Shown here: positions 6,626-15,922 of the stretch, piece by piece | How positions within the stretch are numbered: the stretch's first letter is position 1 | How the letters are laid out: each line of letters opens with the position of its first letter | From: a virus | Taxonomy: Duplodnaviria; Caudoviricetes | IMG/VR virus record: IMGVR_UViG_3300010220_000008 | Span: 1-24,119 of that record | Direction: 5' to 3' (one strand) | DNA length: 24,119 nucleotides | The notes under the pieces: generated by a model | What the model saw: only the letters and a program-made list of their open reading frames with translations | What the model was told of the DNA's origin: nothing | The model's database searches: none | Program-made: the position numbers and the translations under genes

Positions 6626-7195
6626 ATGGAAGGTATGTCTGAACGCGCCTATGCCGAGTACGCGGGCCTCTCGCGCGGGGCGGTGCAAAAGGCGCGCAAG
6701 AACGGTCGGCTGGTGCTCTTTGCCGATGGCTCGATCAACGCGGCCGCCTCGGATGCGCGGCGGGGCGCGATGACGGATCCGGACCAGCAGATGCGGTCGA
6801 GGGGCGGTGCTGGCGCAGGGGGAGATGGTCATGGGGTTGGCGGCGGTGCAGTATCCGGCCCCGGTGACAGCACGTCCTATCTGAAGGCGCGCACAGCGCT
6901 GACGGTCTACCAGGCGCAGGAGCGCCAGCTGGCCATCCAGAAGAAGAAAGGCGTGCTGGTCGACCGCGCGCGCGCCGAGACGCTGGTGTTTCGTCTTGCA
7001 CGGCAGGAACGCGACACATGGGTCACCTGGCCCACCCGCGTGGCAGCCCTTATGGCCGCGCAATTATCCGCAGAGATGGAGAAGGCATCGGGAATGCCCG
7101 TGACGATCGAGACTGCGATCCTGCAGAGGGTGCTGGAAACCCATGTCCGAGAGCAGCTCGACGCCCTCGCAGACCTCCGGGTCTCGCTTGCATGA
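6626..7195 (+). CDS. terS: Terminase small subunit (Nu1-like)
   Basis: N-terminal HTH (SERAYAEYAGLSRGAVQKA), a coiled coil and a G.LVDRA motif; directly upstream of terL. Confidence 0.8.
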   Translation: MEGMSERAYAEYAGLSRGAVQKARKNGRLVLFADGSINAAASDARRGAMTDPDQQMRSRGGAGAGGDGHGVGGGAVSGPGDSTSYLKARTALTVYQAQERQLAIQKKKGVLVDRARAETLVFRLARQERDTWVTWPTRVAALMAAQLSAEMEKASGMPVTIETAILQRVLETHVREQLDALADLRVSLA

Positions 7196-9185
7196 AGGAG
7201 AACAGGAACACGACCTGACGGAAGACCTCGACCTCGGGTTTGACGGGGCCGAGGATATCCTGCGCGTCTGGCGCCGGGGCATGCGGCCCGATGCTGACCT
7301 CACAGTGTCAGAGTGGGCGGATGCGCATCGCTGGCTCTCGTCGCGCGGCGCGGCGGAGCCGGGGCGGTATCGCACGGCCCGCGCGCCATACTTACGCGAG
7401 ATCATGGATGCGCTGTCGCCAAAGCATCCGGCGCAGCGCATCAGCTTCATGAAGGCGGCACAGGTCGGCGCCACCGAGGCGGGCAACAACTGGATCGGGT
7501 TCGTCATTAACCATGCACCGGGTCCGATGCTGGCGGTACTGCCCACGGTCGAGATGGCCAAGCGCACATCACGCGGTCGGATCGATCCGCTAATCGAGGA
7601 AAGCCCTGCGCTCAAGGAGCGCGTGAGCCCCGCTCGCTCGCGCGATGCCGGGAATTCGATGCTGTCGAAGGAGTTCCCGGGCGGCATTCTGGTGCTGACC
7701 GGGGCAAACTCGGCCACCGGCCTGCGCTCGATGCCAGCACGCTACGTGTTTCTGGACGAGGTCGATGCCTACCCGGCCTCAGCCGACGAGGAAGGCGATC
7801 CGGTCACGCTGGCCGAAGCCCGCACCACCACCTTCGCGCACAGGCGTAAGGTGTTCATGGTCTCAACGCCCACGATCAGGGGGCTCTCGCGCATCGAGCG
7901 CGAGTTCGAGGCCAGTGATCAGCGGCGGTATTTCGTGCCCTGCCCGCATTGTGGCCACAGACAATGGCTGCAATTCGAGCGGCTGCGCTGGGCGAAAGGT
8001 CGACCGGAAACGGCCGCCTACCATTGTGAGGGCTGCGAGCGTCCTATCGCTGAGCACCACAAAACCGAGATGCTGGCGCGGGGCGAGTGGCGGGCGACGG
8101 CGACCAGTGCGGATCCGAATGCGATCGGGTTCCATCTGTCTGCGCTCTATTCGCCGATTGGCTGGAAAAGCTGGGAGCAGATCGCCCGCGAATGGCTGGC
8201 TGCCCAAGGCTCGGACGAGATGCTGCGCGCCGCGCGCAATACGCTCTTGGGCGAGACCTGGGTCGAGAGCGGCGAGGCCCCGGATTGGCAGCGGCTGGCG
8301 GATCGGCGCGAGGCCTTTGCAGCGCAGGTTCCCTTGGGTGGGCTATTCCTGACCGCAGGGGCCGATGTGCAGAAAGACCGGATCGAGGTCGACATCTGGG
8401 CCTGGGGCCGCAGTCTGGAAAGCTGGCTGGTCGATCACATCGTGATCCCGGGTGGACCGGACGATCCAGCCTGCTGGGACAGACTGACCGCGCTCTTGAG
8501 CCAGACATGGCAGCACGAGAACGGCGCATTCATGACGTTGGCGAAGCTCGCCATCGACACCGGCTACGAGTCCGCCGCTGTCTATGCCTGGTCACGCAAG
8601 CAGGGCATCGCGCAGGTCGCCCCGGTCAAAGGCCTTGAGGGCTTCAATCGTGCGACACCGGTGTCTGGCCCGACCTTCGTCGATGCGACCGTGAACGGGC
8701 GCAAGCTGAAACGTGGGGCACGGCTCTGGACGGTGGCAACGGCCACCTTCAAGGCGGAGACCTATCGGTATCTGCGCATCGATCGCCCGTCAGATGATGA
8801 TCGCGCGCTGGGCGTGGCAGCGGCTGCAGGGACGATCCACCTGCCCGACTGGGCGGACAGCGAATGGCTGAAGCAGCTGGTGGCCGAGCAGCTGGTCACG
8901 ATCCGCAACAAGCGCGGCTATGCCCGGCAGGAATGGCAGAAGATGCGCGAGCGCAACGAGGCACTGGACACCCGCGTCTATGCGCGCGCCGCCGCCTGGA
9001 TCCTCGGCGCCGACCGGTTTGACGAGCGCATGTGGCGGCAGCTGGAAAAGCAGGCCGGCATCGACAGCTCGGCCATACCTGCTGCCCCTGCGGAGAACCT
9101 GAAACCTGATGCGCCAGAGGCTGGGCGCGTCACCGCCCCAAGGCGGCGCGCCTGGAAGATAAGCACGCCCCGATACATGGAATGA
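7188..9185 (+). CDS. terL: Terminase large subunit, lambda GpA family
   Basis: TVSEWAD; Walker A KAAQVGATE; Walker B VFLDEVD; STPT; CPHC/CEGC zinc motifs; GADVQ nuclease motif; RNEALD. The frame opens at 7143; the TTG at 7188 is the preferred start but is uncertain. Confidence 0.96.
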   Translation: MHEGEQEHDLTEDLDLGFDGAEDILRVWRRGMRPDADLTVSEWADAHRWLSSRGAAEPGRYRTARAPYLREIMDALSPKHPAQRISFMKAAQVGATEAGNNWIGFVINHAPGPMLAVLPTVEMAKRTSRGRIDPLIEESPALKERVSPARSRDAGNSMLSKEFPGGILVLTGANSATGLRSMPARYVFLDEVDAYPASADEEGDPVTLAEARTTTFAHRRKVFMVSTPTIRGLSRIEREFEASDQRRYFVPCPHCGHRQWLQFERLRWAKGRPETAAYHCEGCERPIAEHHKTEMLARGEWRATATSADPNAIGFHLSALYSPIGWKSWEQIAREWLAAQGSDEMLRAARNTLLGETWVESGEAPDWQRLADRREAFAAQVPLGGLFLTAGADVQKDRIEVDIWAWGRSLESWLVDHIVIPGGPDDPACWDRLTALLSQTWQHENGAFMTLAKLAIDTGYESAAVYAWSRKQGIAQVAPVKGLEGFNRATPVSGPTFVDATVNGRKLKRGARLWTVATATFKAETYRYLRIDRPSDDDRALGVAAAAGTIHLPDWADSEWLKQLVAEQLVTIRNKRGYARQEWQKMRERNEALDTRVYARAAAWILGADRFDERMWRQLEKQAGIDSSAIPAAPAENLKPDAPEAGRVTAPRRRAWKISTPRYME

Positions 9186-9406
9186 CCGGAACACCGATGA
9201 CCTTGGATGATCTTAAGGCCCGCCATTCTGCGCTTCTGGCCGCGCGCTACAGCGGCACGCGGTCGGTCAGCTATGACGGCAAGACCGTGAACTACGGCTC
9301 GGACGCGGAACTGGCCGCCGCCATTGCCGATATCGAGCGCCGGATCGCGGCGCTGGAACGCACCAGTCGGCGTGTGTTGCGCCCCTACGCCGTGAAGGAC
9401 CTGTGA
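9182..9406 (+). CDS. Head-tail joining protein, gpW-like
   Basis: G.RSVSYDGKTV.Y...AEL..AIA.IE pattern; lies between terL and portal. Alternative start at 9197. Confidence 0.88.
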   Translation: MTGTPMTLDDLKARHSALLAARYSGTRSVSYDGKTVNYGSDAELAAAIADIERRIAALERTSRRVLRPYAVKDL

Positions 9407-10902
9407 TGAACTGGCGACAGCGCCTCGGGGCCTTCATCGGCGGATTTGACGCCGGTCAGCACCATCGCCGCCTGCGCGGGTTTCGCGCGACCCGCGCCCA
9501 TGTCAACGCGCTGATCGCGGCCGCAGGGCCCGACATCACCGCCCGCGCCCGCTGGCTCGTGCGCAATAACGGTTATGCCGTGAACGCAGTGGAAAGCTGG
9601 GCCGCCAATACTGTGGGCGACGGGATCAAGCCGATCTCCAAGATCGGGGATGCCGCGCGCAAGGAAGAGCTGCAGCGCCTCTGGCTCGCCTGGACCGACG
9701 AAGCGGACGCCGAAGGGCTGACCGATTTCTACGGTCTCCAGCGCCGCGCTGCCCGCGAGGTGTTCATGGCGGGCGAGGTGTTCTTCCGGATCCGCATGCG
9801 CCGCGCGGGCGACGGGCTGACAGTGCCGCTGCAGCTGCAGATGCTGCCTGCCGAGATGCTGCCGCTCGAGCAGACCGGGACGGCGGCCAATGGCAATGCC
9901 ATCCGCCAGGGGATCGAGTTCGACCGGATCGGGCGGCGCGTGGCCTATCACTTCCTGCGCCGCCATCCCGGCGACAGCACCGATCCGGGGCTTACAGGCG
10001 AGGTGGTGCGCGTGCCGGCCGCAGAGGTCATCCATGTGATTGACCCGGTCGAAGGCGGACAGCTGCGGGGCGTGTCGAAACTGGCTCCGGCCATCGTGAA
10101 GCTGTTCCTGCTCGATCAGTATGACGATGCCGAGCTCGATCGCAAAAAGGTCGCGGCGATGTATGCGATGTTCGTGACCTCACCCGCGCCAGAGAATCCG
10201 CTGGCGCCTGCCGAGGATGACGAGGTTCCTGCTGGGGTCGAGATCAGCCCGGGCCAGATCGTGCGCCTCGACCCGGGCGAAGATGTCACCGTGGGTCAGC
10301 CGGCCGACAGCGGTGCGACCTATGAGCCGTTCCAGTACCGCACGCTGCTGCAGATTTCTGCCGCGTTGGGTATCCCCTATCCCTACATCGCCAATGACAT
10401 GGTGAAGGGGAACTTCTCGAACTCGCGCCTGGCGCTGATCGAATTCCGCCGCCGCGTCTCGGCCTGGCAGCATTCGGTCATGGTCTGGCAGTTATGTCGG
10501 CCGGTCTATGCCCGCTGGATGGATGCGGCCGTTCTGTCGGGCGCCCTCACCCTGCCCGGCTATGAGGCAAACCGCGCGCGGCTCCTGACCGCAGACTGGC
10601 TGCCCACGAAATGGGACTGGGTCGATCCCCTCAAAGACGCAAATGCCGAAATCGCCCAGATCGAGGCGGGCCTCAAATCCCGCACGCAGGCCATCGCCGA
10701 GCGCGGATATGACGCAGAGCAGGTCGATCGCGAAATCGCCGCCGAACGCGCCCGCGAGCGCGCGCTGGGCCTCGACTTCCGTCGCCCGGGATCGCCTGCG
10801 CAAGGCGTGCAGGCCGTGCCGGTCGAGGCAGAGCATGCGGACCGTGATGACGAAACCGACGACGCGGAGGACCGCCCGCGCCCAGACGAGGACCAGCCCT
10901 GA
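9406..10902 (+). CDS. Portal protein, lambda family
   Basis: RARWLVRNN, GIEFD..GR.VAYH, GQLRGVS, NFSNSR and WVDPLKD motifs. Confidence 0.96.
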   Translation: MNWRQRLGAFIGGFDAGQHHRRLRGFRATRAHVNALIAAAGPDITARARWLVRNNGYAVNAVESWAANTVGDGIKPISKIGDAARKEELQRLWLAWTDEADAEGLTDFYGLQRRAAREVFMAGEVFFRIRMRRAGDGLTVPLQLQMLPAEMLPLEQTGTAANGNAIRQGIEFDRIGRRVAYHFLRRHPGDSTDPGLTGEVVRVPAAEVIHVIDPVEGGQLRGVSKLAPAIVKLFLLDQYDDAELDRKKVAAMYAMFVTSPAPENPLAPAEDDEVPAGVEISPGQIVRLDPGEDVTVGQPADSGATYEPFQYRTLLQISAALGIPYPYIANDMVKGNFSNSRLALIEFRRRVSAWQHSVMVWQLCRPVYARWMDAAVLSGALTLPGYEANRARLLTADWLPTKWDWVDPLKDANAEIAQIEAGLKSRTQAIAERGYDAEQVDREIAAERARERALGLDFRRPGSPAQGVQAVPVEAEHADRDDETDDAEDRPRPDEDQP

Positions 10903-12362
10903 TGCTACATGCCCGCATTGCCGCGCGCGCCTTCAACACGCCACTGCTGGTCGAACCCTCCAAGGCCATGGCGTTCCTGTCCGGCCTCGGGCCCCGCATC
11001 CTTGGGCGACGGGTCGAACTGGCAAACGACGTCGAGACACCGGATGGGGCGGCCACCCTGCCCACTCGCGCCAGCTTGCTGGCCGGCGGTCTGGCGGCCA
11101 GCTACCGCCAGAATGGCGATGCGCCCTACCAGGTGGTGGATGGGATCGCCGTGATCGAGATCGCAGGCGTGCTGATCCATCGCGGCGGGTGGATCGGGCA
11201 ATCCTCCGGCCAGACCAGCTACGAGGGGATCGCAGCCCAGATCGAGGCGGCGGCGAGCGATCCTGCGGTGCGCGGCCTCGCATTGGAAATTGACAGCTTT
11301 GGCGGCGAAGTTGCCGGTGTTTTTGACCTCGCAGATCGTATTCGTGCAATTCGAGCCACCAAGCCCGTCTGGGCCTTTGTTGCCGAACACGCCTTTTCGG
11401 CGGGCTATGCGCTGGCGAGCCAGGCCGACCGCATCCTGCTGCCGCGCACGGGCGCGCTGGGCAGTATTGGGGTGGTGGTGCTCCATGCTGACATTTCTGG
11501 CCAGCTCGATCAGGACGGGGTGCGCGTCACGCTCATCCATTCTGGCCGCCACAAGGTCGATGGCAATCCCTATCAGCCGCTGCCCGAAGGGGTGCACGAC
11601 GACATCCAGCGCGAGATCGACGTGCTGCGGTTTCTCTTCGCGGAAACCGTGGCCGCTGGCCGCGCCAGCAGGCTGAACCAGGAGGCGGCGTTGGCCACCG
11701 AGGCCGCGACCTATCGCGGGACTGACGCTGTCGCCGCCGGCCTCGCAGATGAAGTCACCGATCTCACGCGGGGTTTTGCCGGTTTCCGGCAGATGCTCGC
11801 GCGCAGGCCAACCGCTGCAATCGCCCGTGCAGGCCGCCTGCCGGTCCAGCACACCACTCACAACACCCGAAAGGAGAGACCCATGTCCCATGCGCCTGAC
11901 CACGATCATTCTTTGCAAGAGGATGCCAGCGATGTGCAGCCGGATGATGCAACCGACGCCGTGGTCGAAACCCCCGCCACAGAGGCCCCGGAAACTGCAG
12001 CCGCAGCGCCCTCTGAATCCGCGACTGCACCGGCATCTACATCAGCTTCCTCGCAAACAACAGCATCCCCGCAGCCCGGCAATCTGGCCGAGCTTTCGGC
12101 GCAGCTGCGCGAGGCGGCGGCGGAGATCGCCGAAATCGCGGCACAAGCGGGCCGCCTCGGCATCTCGATCGACGCGGCGAAAGCGCTCCGCGAGGGCACA
12201 ACCCCCGAGGCCTTGCGTAAACTGGTGCTGCAACGCGCCGCTGATGCCTCGGATGCGCGCGATGTTGTCACCGCAGCCCCCTCGCTCATCCTGCCGAAAG
12301 CCAGCGAAAGCCCGATCGTGGCCGCCGCGAAACGCGCCGCAGCGTCGGGCAACCGGGCCTGA
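10902..12362 (+). CDS. S49-family prohead protease (gpC-like) with a C-terminal scaffold domain
   Basis: IDSFGGEV, AFSAGYALAS (catalytic Ser), GSIGV, SGRHK and GLAD motifs. Confidence 0.93.
   Translation: MLHARIAARAFNTPLLVEPSKAMAFLSGLGPRILGRRVELANDVETPDGAATLPTRASLLAGGLAASYRQNGDAPYQVVDGIAVIEIAGVLIHRGGWIGQSSGQTSYEGIAAQIEAAASDPAVRGLALEIDSFGGEVAGVFDLADRIRAIRATKPVWAFVAEHAFSAGYALASQADRILLPRTGALGSIGVVVLHADISGQLDQDGVRVTLIHSGRHKVDGNPYQPLPEGVHDDIQREIDVLRFLFAETVAAGRASRLNQEAALATEAATYRGTDAVAAGLADEVTDLTRGFAGFRQMLARRPTAAIARAGRLPVQHTTHNTRKERPMSHAPDHDHSLQEDASDVQPDDATDAVVETPATEAPETAAAAPSESATAPASTSASSQTTASPQPGNLAELSAQLREAAAEIAEIAAQAGRLGISIDAAKALREGTTPEALRKLVLQRAADASDARDVVTAAPSLILPKASESPIVAAAKRAAASGNRA
11883..12362 (+). 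CDS. Nested in-frame scaffolding protein (Nu3-like, 159 aa)
   Basis: AAGGAG at 11871-11876 precedes an in-frame ATG at 11883. The product is an acidic low-complexity stretch followed by helical segments. Confidence 0.7.
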   Translation: MSHAPDHDHSLQEDASDVQPDDATDAVVETPATEAPETAAAAPSESATAPASTSASSQTTASPQPGNLAELSAQLREAAAEIAEIAAQAGRLGISIDAAKALREGTTPEALRKLVLQRAADASDARDVVTAAPSLILPKASESPIVAAAKRAAASGNRA

Positions 12363-12472
12363 CGACCGGCGGCGTCACACCACGCCCATCCTGAAACCGA
12401 ATAGTCCCTCAGCCCCGCCGCATCCTCTCGGCAGGGTCTGGTCCACTGCATCCCTGAGAAAGGCACCATGCC

Positions 12473-12853
12473 ATGACCGTCCTTCATCAGCCCGCAACCA
12501 TGGGCGACGTCCTCAAATACGAGGTCAACCCGAACTACACCCGCGAGACCGTCACTCTGCTCGAGGGCACTGCCTATCCGGTCGGCGCTGTGCTCGGCCG
12601 CATCACTGCCAGTGGCAAATACAAGCTTGCCACCTCGGGCGGCTCGGATGGGGCACAAACTGCAAGCGCCGTGCTGCTCTATGCGGTCGATGCCACTGGC
12701 GCAGATGGCATCGGCGTGGTGGTCGCGCGCGGCCCGGCCATCGTTTCGCGCGCCGCCCTCGTCTTTGACGCCACTGTCGATGATGGGGCCAAAATTGCCA
12801 CCAAACATGGCCAGTTGGCCGCGCAGGGCATCCTCCCGCGCGACACCGCCTGA
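12473..12853 (+). CDS. Head decoration protein (gpD-like)
   Basis: YTRETVTL, GAVLGRITASGKY and DG.Q.A.AVL motifs; positioned before the capsid gene. Confidence 0.9.
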   Translation: MTVLHQPATMGDVLKYEVNPNYTRETVTLLEGTAYPVGAVLGRITASGKYKLATSGGSDGAQTASAVLLYAVDATGADGIGVVVARGPAIVSRAALVFDATVDDGAKIATKHGQLAAQGILPRDTA

Positions 12854-12915
12854 TCGGGCAGATCGCCCTTTCTTCCCGTCGTGCTCTCGCACCCCCCCTT
12901 TCCCCGGAGTTTCCC

Positions 12916-13938
12916 ATGACCATCACCCGCAACCCGTTCGACGCGGGCGGCTATTCGCTCGCCGAGATGACGCAGGCCATCAACATCCTGCCCAACCTCT
13001 ACACCCGCCTCGGCCAGATCGGCCTGTTTCGTTTTGAAGGCGTCACGCAACGCTCCATCGTCATCGAGCAGCGCGAGGGGGTGCTGAGCCTCCTGCCCTC
13101 CGTGCCGCTGGGCGCCCCCGCCACTGTCGGCAACCGCGAGGCGCGCTCGATGCGGAGCTTCGCCCTGCCGTGGATCCCGCATGATGACGTCATCCTGCCC
13201 GCCGACATTCAGGGCATGCCCGCGCTGGGCGTCTCGGACGCGGCCGATCCGCTGGTCGAGGTGATGAACCGCAAGCTGACGCTCATGCGCCGCAAGCATG
13301 CCCAGACCCGCGAATACATGGAGATGAACGCGCTGCGCGGCATCGTGAAGGATGGTGCAGGCACCACCCTCTACAACTACTTCACCGAATTCGGCCTCGA
13401 TCAGATCTCGGTCGACTTCGTCTTCGGCACGGCGGGCACCAACATCCAGGGTAAGGTCCGCACGACCTTGCGCGCCATCGAGGACAATCTGCTCGGCGAG
13501 ACCATGACCACCGCCCATGCGCTGGTCAGTTCCGAATTCTTCGACAAGCTGATCAGCCACCCCAAAACCGAGGACGCCTACAAGTTCTTCTCGGCCACCG
13601 GCGGCCAGCCCCTGCGCGAGGACATGCGCCGCGCCTTCCCCTTCGCAGGGATCCTCTTCGAGGAATATAACGGCTCGGTCACCCTCTCGAACGGCACCTC
13701 GGAGCGACTGATCCCGACCGGCGAGGGCATCGCCTTCCCGATGGGCACGTTCGACACCTTCACCACCTATGGCGGGCCCGCGAACCTGCTGGAAACCGCC
13801 AATACCACCGGTCTGCCGCTCTATGCCCGGCAGATGATGGACGCCAAGGGCCGCTGGATCGATCTGATGACCGAGGCCTCGATCCTGCCGGTCAACAAGC
13901 GGCCGCGCCTTGCGATCCGCCTGCACAGCTCGAACTGA
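12916..13938 (+). CDS. Major capsid protein (lambda gpE family)
   Basis: GGAG RBS; MTQAIN.LP, TREYM...AL.G, F.FAGI.FEEY, ANT.GLPLYA and SILP...RP motifs. Confidence 0.95.
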   Translation: MTITRNPFDAGGYSLAEMTQAINILPNLYTRLGQIGLFRFEGVTQRSIVIEQREGVLSLLPSVPLGAPATVGNREARSMRSFALPWIPHDDVILPADIQGMPALGVSDAADPLVEVMNRKLTLMRRKHAQTREYMEMNALRGIVKDGAGTTLYNYFTEFGLDQISVDFVFGTAGTNIQGKVRTTLRAIEDNLLGETMTTAHALVSSEFFDKLISHPKTEDAYKFFSATGGQPLREDMRRAFPFAGILFEEYNGSVTLSNGTSERLIPTGEGIAFPMGTFDTFTTYGGPANLLETANTTGLPLYARQMMDAKGRWIDLMTEASILPVNKRPRLAIRLHSSN

Positions 13939-13949
13939 CGGGCGCGCGC

Positions 13950-14261
13950 ATGTCGGTCTTCGCAGCCGCCGTCGACAACCTCTTCGCCGATCCGAACATC
14001 GCCATCGAGGCCACATACGTCGCCGACGGTGGCACCCCGGTTCTCGTCCGCGTGGTCACCCGCCGCGCGGACGAGGTCACAGGCTTCGGCGACGCGCGGC
14101 TTTGGTCCGAGACCACCCGCATCGACCTGCGCGTGGCCGAGGTGCCAGCCCCGCGCCCGGGCGACCGGGTCGAGATCGATGGTGAGGCGTTTATCATTCA
14201 GGGCGAGCCGGTGCGGGACAGGGAACGGCTCATCTGGACTGTGGATCTGAGGCCCGCATGA
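13950..14261 (+). CDS. Head-tail joining/closure protein (gpFII-like)
   Basis: Beta-rich; P.PGD.VEIDGE.F.IQGEP motif; follows the capsid gene. Confidence 0.8.
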   Translation: MSVFAAAVDNLFADPNIAIEATYVADGGTPVLVRVVTRRADEVTGFGDARLWSETTRIDLRVAEVPAPRPGDRVEIDGEAFIIQGEPVRDRERLIWTVDLRPA

Positions 14262-14890
14262 AGCTGAAACTCGACATCACCCCTGACCTCGTCGCCATGA
14301 TGGCCGCGGAAATCAGGGCTGGCGAGCGGGCCGTGAGCCAGGCGGTCGGCGAGGCTGGCAACAGCGTGAAATCCTCCTGGCGCGCGCAGATCACTGGCGC
14401 CGGGCTGGGCCAACGGCTGGCCAACACCATCCGCTCCGAGCAGTTCCCGAAAGGCCGCCCCAGCCTCAGCGCGGCGGCGGTGGTCTGGTCGAAGGCCCCG
14501 GTGATCATCGGTGCGCATGAAACCGGCCCGCTGATCCGCTCTCGGAATGGGTTCTGGCTGGCGATCCCCACGCCCGCCGCCGGGAAATCCTCCCGCGCCG
14601 GGCGCATCACCCCCGGCGAATGGGAACGGCGCTCGGGCCTGCGCCTGCGCTTTGTCTATCGGCGAACGGGCCCGAGCCTCTTGGTTGCCGAAGGGCGGCT
14701 GAATGCACGTGGCCGCGCCGTGGCGAACAGATCGAGGACCGGACGGGGCGTGACAACGGTTCCGATCTTCCTGCTGGTACCGCAGGTGCAGCTGCGCAAG
14801 CGGCTGGATCTCGCCCGCGATGCCGCCCGGGCGCAGGAGGCCATCCCCGGATCGATCGTGACGCATTGGGTGGAAACAAAACTGCGGTGA
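14258..14890 (+). CDS. Basic neck/tail-completion protein (DUF6441-like)
   Basis: Arg-rich; WLAIPT and PIFLLVPQV.L.KRLD motifs; ATGA overlap. Confidence 0.8.
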   Translation: MKLKLDITPDLVAMMAAEIRAGERAVSQAVGEAGNSVKSSWRAQITGAGLGQRLANTIRSEQFPKGRPSLSAAAVVWSKAPVIIGAHETGPLIRSRNGFWLAIPTPAAGKSSRAGRITPGEWERRSGLRLRFVYRRTGPSLLVAEGRLNARGRAVANRSRTGRGVTTVPIFLLVPQVQLRKRLDLARDAARAQEAIPGSIVTHWVETKLR

Positions 14891-14987
14891 CTGCTCAAAA
14901 AAGGATTGATCAAAGCTCCATTGCCTCACTTCGCAGGCTTCTGCAGTTTGGTCTGCCACTGCACCAATACAGCGTAGCTTGCGGCTA

Positions 14988-15374
14988 TCAGCCCACCCCC
15001 TGCGCTCCTATGTAACGAAGGACGTCGATGGCGTCTTCAGAGGTACGAAGTCGAAGCTTGAATTCGCCGAGAGTAGTTCGTTGTACGTCAGGGTATTGAG
15101 CAAGGATGCTGGGTTCGTCGACCAGACCGGTTGCCAGTGCTGGTTTGCGAAAATACCACAAGATCCACTTCTGGTTCAGAACAGCTGCGTACTGCCAGCC
15201 AGTATCTGTTTCAAAGCGAAGCTCTCGCTCAATGAACCCATGCCCAGATGGGCGGACCGTCATACCATCGGGCAGTCTGGCATGTGCGAGAAGCACATAA
15301 GCGCGGCGCACAGGTTCCTCGACTGACTTCGCGTCCTGCAGCTGTTTTTCAAGTTTATCGCCATCAACCAACAT
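14988..15374 (-). CDS. Inverted lower-GC moron, unknown function (128 aa)
   Basis: GAGG RBS; globular-looking sequence; sits in a visibly AT-richer segment (about 14891-15470) interrupting the tail operon. Confidence 0.75.
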   Translation of the reverse strand: MLVDGDKLEKQLQDAKSVEEPVRRAYVLLAHARLPDGMTVRPSGHGFIERELRFETDTGWQYAAVLNQKWILWYFRKPALATGLVDEPSILAQYPDVQRTTLGEFKLRLRTSEDAIDVLRYIGAQGVG

Positions 15375-15470
15375 TCTTGCCTCATCCCAAGCCAGTAAAG
15401 GTTCGGGTCACCCTATCCGAAGTACCCCAAAAAGACAGCATTCAGAGTCACTTGAGCCTTTGGACAAGAA

Positions 15471-15893
15471 ATGCCCACACCTCGTGAAACCATCCTGACC
15501 GCCCTGGCGGACCTGTTGCGGACGGTTCCGCATGTGCCGGTGCTCCGCGGCGAGGTCCTGCCCGAGCGCGTTCCCGCCGTCGGCCTGATAATCCTGCGCG
15601 ATGGTGAGCCGGGAGAGCCCGGCGTGACACTGTCGCCGTTGCGCTACCACTACCAGCACCGGGCCGAGATCGAGGCGGTGGTGCAAGGCGCAGACCGCGA
15701 CATGACCTTTGCCGCGCTCTGCGCAAGCATCGGCGCGGCCATCTCCGCCGACCGCACGCTGGGCGGGCGCTGCGACTGGGTCGAAGCCGAAGCCCCGAGA
15801 CCGGTTGATCTGCCCGTCGAGGGAGCCGCCAGTCTAAAGGCAGCAGTCATCCCGATCATCCTGCATTATTCGACGGCCGATCCCCTGGCCTGA
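15471..15893 (+). CDS. Tail terminator-like protein
   Basis: MPTPRETIL.AL, ADRTLGG.CDW and I.LHYST.DPL motifs; immediately before the tail tube gene. Confidence 0.78.
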   Translation: MPTPRETILTALADLLRTVPHVPVLRGEVLPERVPAVGLIILRDGEPGEPGVTLSPLRYHYQHRAEIEAVVQGADRDMTFAALCASIGAAISADRTLGGRCDWVEAEAPRPVDLPVEGAASLKAAVIPIILHYSTADPLA

Positions 15894-15922
15894 CCCCAAC
15901 AGACAATCCGAGGAGACACGAC

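Noticed and set aside
6266-7063. Long 336-aa version of the minus-strand ORF
   Set aside because: Overlaps terS and another gene. Only the last 70 codons have an RBS and a recognisable signature.
12856-12874. Possible terminator between decoration and capsid genes
   Set aside because: Only a 4-bp stem, too weak to support.
12679-14016. 445-aa minus-strand ORF
   Set aside because: Antisense shadow of the major capsid gene.
15471-15893. Metabolic enzyme (similar proteins are sometimes labelled acyl-CoA transferase)
   Set aside because: Too short, no enzyme motifs, and its synteny fits a tail terminator.
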